DNA of 64,000 bases, taken from Alphaproteobacteria bacterium. Its GTDB lineage: Bacteria > Pseudomonadota > Alphaproteobacteria > RF32 > CAG-239. A program made the position numbers and the translations under genes. The stretch's first letter is position 1, and the number at the start of each line of letters is the position of its first letter. The notes under the pieces were generated by a model. That model had not been told where the DNA came from. It searched no databases and saw only the letters and a list, made by a program, of their open reading frames with translations. The stretch lies in assembly GCA_017528205.1 (NCBI GenBank), contig JAFXPE010000032.1:145986-209985 (forward strand). Reading direction: 5' to 3'. Shown here one piece after another: positions 59,823-64,000 of the stretch.

Positions 59823-61394
59823 ATGTCTTTATTTAAATCAATAGCAACATTCGGCGGTTTTACGCTAATCAGCCGCGTTACCGGCTTTGTTCGCGATATG
59901 GTGCTGGCTTATTTTATGGGCGCGGGCGTAATGTCCGATGCTTTTGTGGTGGCCTTCAAATTGCCGAATTTGTTTCGCAACTTGTTTGCCGAAGGGGCGT
60001 TCACCAGCGCATTTGTGCCTTTATTTTCGCAAAAGCTGGTGAGTGAAGGCAAGAAAAAATCGGTGTTTTTCGCTTCGCAAGCGATGATGATTTTAGTGGT
60101 TATCGTCAGTTTGCTGATAGTGTTGTTTGAGTTGCTGATGCCGTATATCGTAACGATTTTGGCGCCGGGTTTTCATAATAATCCGGAAAAAATTGCCTTG
60201 GCGGTACAGCTTTGCCGCATAACTTTTCCGTTTTTGCTGTTGGTTTCCATTGTTTCTTTTCAAAGCGGCATCTTAAATTCTTTTGAAAAGTTTGCTGCGC
60301 CGGCGGTAACACCGGTTATTCTCAACTTGACCATGATTTTGTCGGCATTTGTGTTTGTGCCGTTTATGCCGACGGCGGCCCACGGTTTTGCCTTGGGTAT
60401 CACTACGGCCGGTTTGCTGGAAATGTTGTGGTTGTATTTTAATTTGCGCCGCATCGGAATAACTTTGCATCCGTATCTTCGATTGGCCAAGATTATGCAT
60501 AATCCGGAAATCAAAACTTTGTTCAAGCGTATTGCTCCCGGAGTGGTCGGTGCCGGCATTTATCAGATAAATATGGCGGTGGACACCATTTTGGTTTCCT
60601 TAATCGGCACGGGCGCAATTTCGTGGCTTTATTATGCCAATCGGTTGCAACAGTTGCCGCTGGGCGTCGTTGGGGCGGCGATAAGTGTGGCGTTGTTGCC
60701 GATATTGTCCAAATATTTGAAGGCCGGCGATATTGAAAATGCTCGCACCACGCAAAATCAGGCGGTGGAATACGGTTTGTTGTTATCTCTACCGGCCGCG
60801 GTTTTGCTGATTGTGCTGGCCAATCCGATAGTAGCCTTTTTATTCCGGCACGGTGCGTTTAACGCTCACGCGGCGCAAATGACTGCCTACGCCGTGGCGG
60901 CTTATTCCGTGGGATTGCCTTGTTATGTGATGACCAAGGCGCTGATGCCGAACTTTTTTGCCCGAGGAGATACCGTAACTCCGGTAAAATACAGTTTTTG
61001 GGTGTTTGTAACCAACTTAATATTCAACTTGCTGCTGATGCGTCCGTTCGGCCATGTGGGAATAGCGGTTGCCACCACCATTGCGGCGTTTGTTTCCCTC
61101 GGACAATATGTCGTCGGTTTGCAAAAAAGGGAGTATTGGCGCTTTACGCCTCTGCTAATTAAAAAGATGCTGAAAATAGCGTTGGCTTCCATAACGATGG
61201 GTATTGTCGTGTGGGGTGCAAATAAAGCTTTATGCTTATATTTGCCACAATATATGCAAAGCTCGTTATATCTGTTTTGCGGGTTGGCATTTTTGGGCAT
61301 AATCGCACTTGCAATTTTTTTATTAATGGCTAAAATACTTAACATCATTGATTTTCGGCAAATCCTGAATATGGTGCGGAGAAAACATGGCTGA
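59823..61394 (+). CDS. murJ: lipid II flippase MurJ (MviN)
   Basis: 14-TM MOP-superfamily protein, N-terminus MSLFKSIATFGGFTLISRVTGFVRD; start 59823 after an AAGGAGAA SD. Confidence 0.85.
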   Translation: MSLFKSIATFGGFTLISRVTGFVRDMVLAYFMGAGVMSDAFVVAFKLPNLFRNLFAEGAFTSAFVPLFSQKLVSEGKKKSVFFASQAMMILVVIVSLLIVLFELLMPYIVTILAPGFHNNPEKIALAVQLCRITFPFLLLVSIVSFQSGILNSFEKFAAPAVTPVILNLTMILSAFVFVPFMPTAAHGFALGITTAGLLEMLWLYFNLRRIGITLHPYLRLAKIMHNPEIKTLFKRIAPGVVGAGIYQINMAVDTILVSLIGTGAISWLYYANRLQQLPLGVVGAAISVALLPILSKYLKAGDIENARTTQNQAVEYGLLLSLPAAVLLIVLANPIVAFLFRHGAFNAHAAQMTAYAVAAYSVGLPCYVMTKALMPNFFARGDTVTPVKYSFWVFVTNLIFNLLLMRPFGHVGIAVATTIAAFVSLGQYVVGLQKREYWRFTPLLIKKMLKIALASITMGIVVWGANKALCLYLPQYMQSSLYLFCGLAFLGIIALAIFLLMAKILNIIDFRQILNMVRRKHG

Positions 61395-62541
61395 AAAAGC
61401 ACGTCGAAATAAAAATTCATCGTCTTCCGTAAAGCGTGATTCTACGGAAGAGCGTAAAGTCGGAGGTCTTAAGGATATTATCCGGTCGCATCCGGAGCTG
61501 AATAATTTTTTACAACAAAAAGGTCGTTATTTGCAAACTGTGTATCGCCGCAAAAAGCCGAAAGCTATAAAAGTTTGCAAAAAAACTTTCAACTTTTGCC
61601 GTCGCACGCTGAATAAATTGCGCAAGCCGCTTAAAAACATCGTTGAGCATTGGAAATTTTTGACGGTATTTTTGCCTACATTTTTTCTTGGGTATTACCT
61701 CATCGGCAGTATGATTTCCGAAAATATCGACGTTAAAAATGAATATAAATCGGCGACCGTGCCGGCAAAAAATTTTGAAACACCCACGGTTATGGCGTTT
61801 TTGCTCAAGCGAGAACTTGACGACAAAATGTGGACACCGAATGTACCATTTATTTTTCCGGCCTATGTTTTGGATAATATGCCGAATTTTCAAATCGGCA
61901 TCGTTAACGCAGTTAAAGATACGGCATCTTCGTTGCGCCGCATAAAACAAAGCACGCCGAAACAAAAAGAAAACATCAAAACCGCGTATAAATATTTGAA
62001 TTATTCGCCGCGAATTTGGATTATGTCGCGCAAAGGCAATTTTAACTTGGCACCGTCTTCCAACACGCAATATCGCAAGGCGGCGGCCGAATTGCAGCGG
62101 TTTGTTCAAAACGGTGATTTTTATCCGCAAACGACGGATTTAGAGGCGATATTGCAAAAATTGAATAAATCTTTGCAAAAAATTATTATGCGCAGTGAGG
62201 CTTATCAGCGGGAAAATTCTGCGGCTTGGTTAGATACCGGAGCTGACGATATTTTTTATTATAACCGCGGCTATGCCTTCGCTATGTGGCAAATCAGCAA
62301 AACATTGGGTGCGGATTATAAAGAAAACATATTGGCCGACAATCTTTACACCGAGTGGACATATTTGGTTAATTCACTCAAAAAAGCCGCCGAATTTGCG
62401 CCGACGGTGGTGCTGAACGGCGCACCGGACAGTTTGTGGGAGCCGAACCATTTGATGATGCAGGGGTATTATTTGCAACGGGCGATAATTGCCGCCGAAA
62501 ATGTTTATGAGGGATTGGGTAAAAATGCAAATCAAGATTGA
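61387..62541 (+). CDS. conserved hypothetical protein (DUF2333-like, low confidence) with one TM segment
   Basis: Basic N-terminus, TM FLTVFLPTFFLGYYLIG, Trp-rich globular remainder; overlaps the murJ stop by 8 nt. Confidence 0.5.
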   Translation: MAEKARRNKNSSSSVKRDSTEERKVGGLKDIIRSHPELNNFLQQKGRYLQTVYRRKKPKAIKVCKKTFNFCRRTLNKLRKPLKNIVEHWKFLTVFLPTFFLGYYLIGSMISENIDVKNEYKSATVPAKNFETPTVMAFLLKRELDDKMWTPNVPFIFPAYVLDNMPNFQIGIVNAVKDTASSLRRIKQSTPKQKENIKTAYKYLNYSPRIWIMSRKGNFNLAPSSNTQYRKAAAELQRFVQNGDFYPQTTDLEAILQKLNKSLQKIIMRSEAYQRENSAAWLDTGADDIFYYNRGYAFAMWQISKTLGADYKENILADNLYTEWTYLVNSLKKAAEFAPTVVLNGAPDSLWEPNHLMMQGYYLQRAIIAAENVYEGLGKNANQD

Positions 62542-63043
62542 AGAATTGGCAAACTCGAAAATAATCAATTTTTATCCGGTGCAAAATATTGCCATGACCG
62601 AAAAATTGGCAATGGCCGACAAAACGTCGGCACCCGCAAATGATTTGTTGCGCAATATCGCAGAAATTGACGGGATAGAGCGTTGTTTGGCGGCAACCGA
62701 TATTTTGTCGGTTAAGCACAGCGTAGAAGATACGGCGGATATAAAAGCTTTGGTGATGGCCGAACTTGACGATTTTTTGACAGCGGGTGAGCCTTTGTTG
62801 GCCGAAAAAAAGTTTAGTGACAAAGAATATGCCGAGGCGGTTGCCGATGCGCTGATTCGCCCGACGCTTAATCGCGACAACGGCGATATCGAAATTCATT
62901 CGGCGGAAAACGGAATTGTTGAGCTGTCTTTTACCGGACATTGTGCCGGTTGTCCGTATGCGCAAAACACGTTGCAAAATGTCGTAACTCGCACGTTTTT
63001 GAAATATATGCCGCATTTGCGGGAAGTTAAACTGAAGGAATAA
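62525..63043 (+). CDS. NifU/Nfu-family Fe-S cluster scaffold protein
   Basis: C-terminal GHCAGCPYA CxxC motif of the Nfu domain preceded by an Nfu_N-like domain; start 62525. Confidence 0.7.
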   Translation: MQIKIEELANSKIINFYPVQNIAMTEKLAMADKTSAPANDLLRNIAEIDGIERCLAATDILSVKHSVEDTADIKALVMAELDDFLTAGEPLLAEKKFSDKEYAEAVADALIRPTLNRDNGDIEIHSAENGIVELSFTGHCAGCPYAQNTLQNVVTRTFLKYMPHLREVKLKE

Positions 63044-63044
63044 A

Positions 63045-63932
63045 ATGAAGAAACTGGTGGCCGTATTTTTGCTGATGTTGTCAATTAAGCCGGTGTCTGC
63101 CGAAATGCTTAAGTCGGTTGCCGACGGTGCGATTACGGTCGAAAAGGCGACAACTGCGGAAATTGAGGAGTTGTTTCGCCAAAACAAATATGACGATTAC
63201 ACCGTTAGCAGAGGCAAATTTCCGCGAATTTATATGCAATCGCTTCCCACCGATTGGAACGAAGTTGCCGAAAACGCCGCCAAGCATCGCACTTTTATCC
63301 GCATTTTATTGCCGTTGGTGCTGAGAATAAACGAAGAAATCCTTAAAGAACGCGCCGAAATCGAAAGATTGGTTATAAAGTTTGTGAAAACCAAAAATTT
63401 GACTGCCGATGAAATAAAATATATCGAGGATATGGCTCAAAAATATGATGCGTTTACCCGCGCCGAAGGCGATGCAAAAACGGAAATTTTGTTGCGTGAA
63501 TTATTAAGACGCGTTGATTCCGTTCCGCCGTCCATAATGATATCAACCGCCGCTATATACACCGATTGGGGCAAATCACGCCTGGCCCGCGAGGCACATT
63601 CGCTCTATCAGGAAGAAGTGTGGTATACCGATGAGGGCTTAAAACCGTTAGATGACGAAAATGCGCAATATCGCTACAAAATTTATCATGATTTATCCGA
63701 ATGTATCCGCGCTCGCGCCCTAAAACTTAATTCGCACGTCAATTACGATTATTTCCGCGCCTCGCGTTATATTGCCCACAATATGGACCGTCCGCCGTAT
63801 GGGGAGCAGCTGGCGGCCAAAATGATGAATGACAGCAACTTTCAAAATATATCCGGTTTGATTGATTATACCTTCACTTTTTATAAGTTAAATCGCACGG
63901 ATTATTTTCCGGAATTGCGGGATGTCGAATAA
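63045..63932 (+). CDS. Bax/FlgJ-like glucosaminidase-domain protein (secreted)
   Basis: Signal peptide; STAAIYTDWGKSRLAREAHSLYQEEVW resembles the mannosyl-glycoprotein endo-beta-N-acetylglucosaminidase core. Confidence 0.55.
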   Translation: MKKLVAVFLLMLSIKPVSAEMLKSVADGAITVEKATTAEIEELFRQNKYDDYTVSRGKFPRIYMQSLPTDWNEVAENAAKHRTFIRILLPLVLRINEEILKERAEIERLVIKFVKTKNLTADEIKYIEDMAQKYDAFTRAEGDAKTEILLRELLRRVDSVPPSIMISTAAIYTDWGKSRLAREAHSLYQEEVWYTDEGLKPLDDENAQYRYKIYHDLSECIRARALKLNSHVNYDYFRASRYIAHNMDRPPYGEQLAAKMMNDSNFQNISGLIDYTFTFYKLNRTDYFPELRDVE

Positions 63933-64000
63933 TGCAAAGATAAAAGGAATAAGAAAATGTTTATCAGTTTGAATAAAAAAATATTATACAGCATTTTTGC

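Overview
This 64 kb window is an AT-rich chromosomal segment that looks alphaproteobacterial, most like an intracellular Rickettsiales/Holosporales-type lineage. The evidence is an mnmE-mnmG-rsmG-parA-parB cluster carrying two perfect parS sites, separate ATP synthase b and b' subunits, and AddAB rather than RecBCD. Most of the window is housekeeping: dnaE, an H+-pyrophosphatase, rluD, rpoH, an RND efflux triad, tgt, greA, class II aldolase, the atpIBEFF' F0 operon, xerD, aroK-rph-rdgB, addBA, trxA, rplQ and murJ. I saw no rRNA, tRNA, CRISPR array or IS element by eye.

Three things stand out.

1. Two diverged paralogous copies of a roughly 150 nt structured RNA (at about 15.16-15.31 kb and 58.24-58.38 kb). 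Each has its own conserved promoter, covarying hairpins and an intrinsic terminator. Each sits directly upstream of a paralogous 75-aa XRE-family HTH protein, and each contains anti-SD sequences that covary with the downstream gene's SD. This looks like an undescribed cis-regulatory leader or sRNA module.

2. A five-gene minus-strand accessory operon (15.6-23.1 kb) ending in an orphan VirD4/TraG/DotL-like type IV coupling ATPase with no VirB/Dot genes nearby. Upstream of it are four uncharacterised proteins: an acidic protein, a 725-aa low-complexity protein, and two paralogous membrane-anchored proteins, one carrying a long RD/DE-rich disordered linker and a NERD-like C-terminal domain.

3. 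A strictly co-oriented 15-17 bp motif, RAACAGTGTATTTAAAA, in at least 8-10 copies confined to the first roughly 10.4 kb around parAB, embedded in coding sequence in different reading frames. This suggests an origin-proximal DNA-level signal rather than protein conservation.

Smaller points are a structured region with its own terminator between greA and a double-GT2 glycosyltransferase, a degenerate-Walker-A ParA/MinD-like ATPase coupled to a transmembrane J-domain/SH3 protein, an FTR-like Cys protein between parB and dnaE, and an rplQ lacking rpoA. All coordinates and calls come from reading the sequence and ORF track only; no database search was possible.
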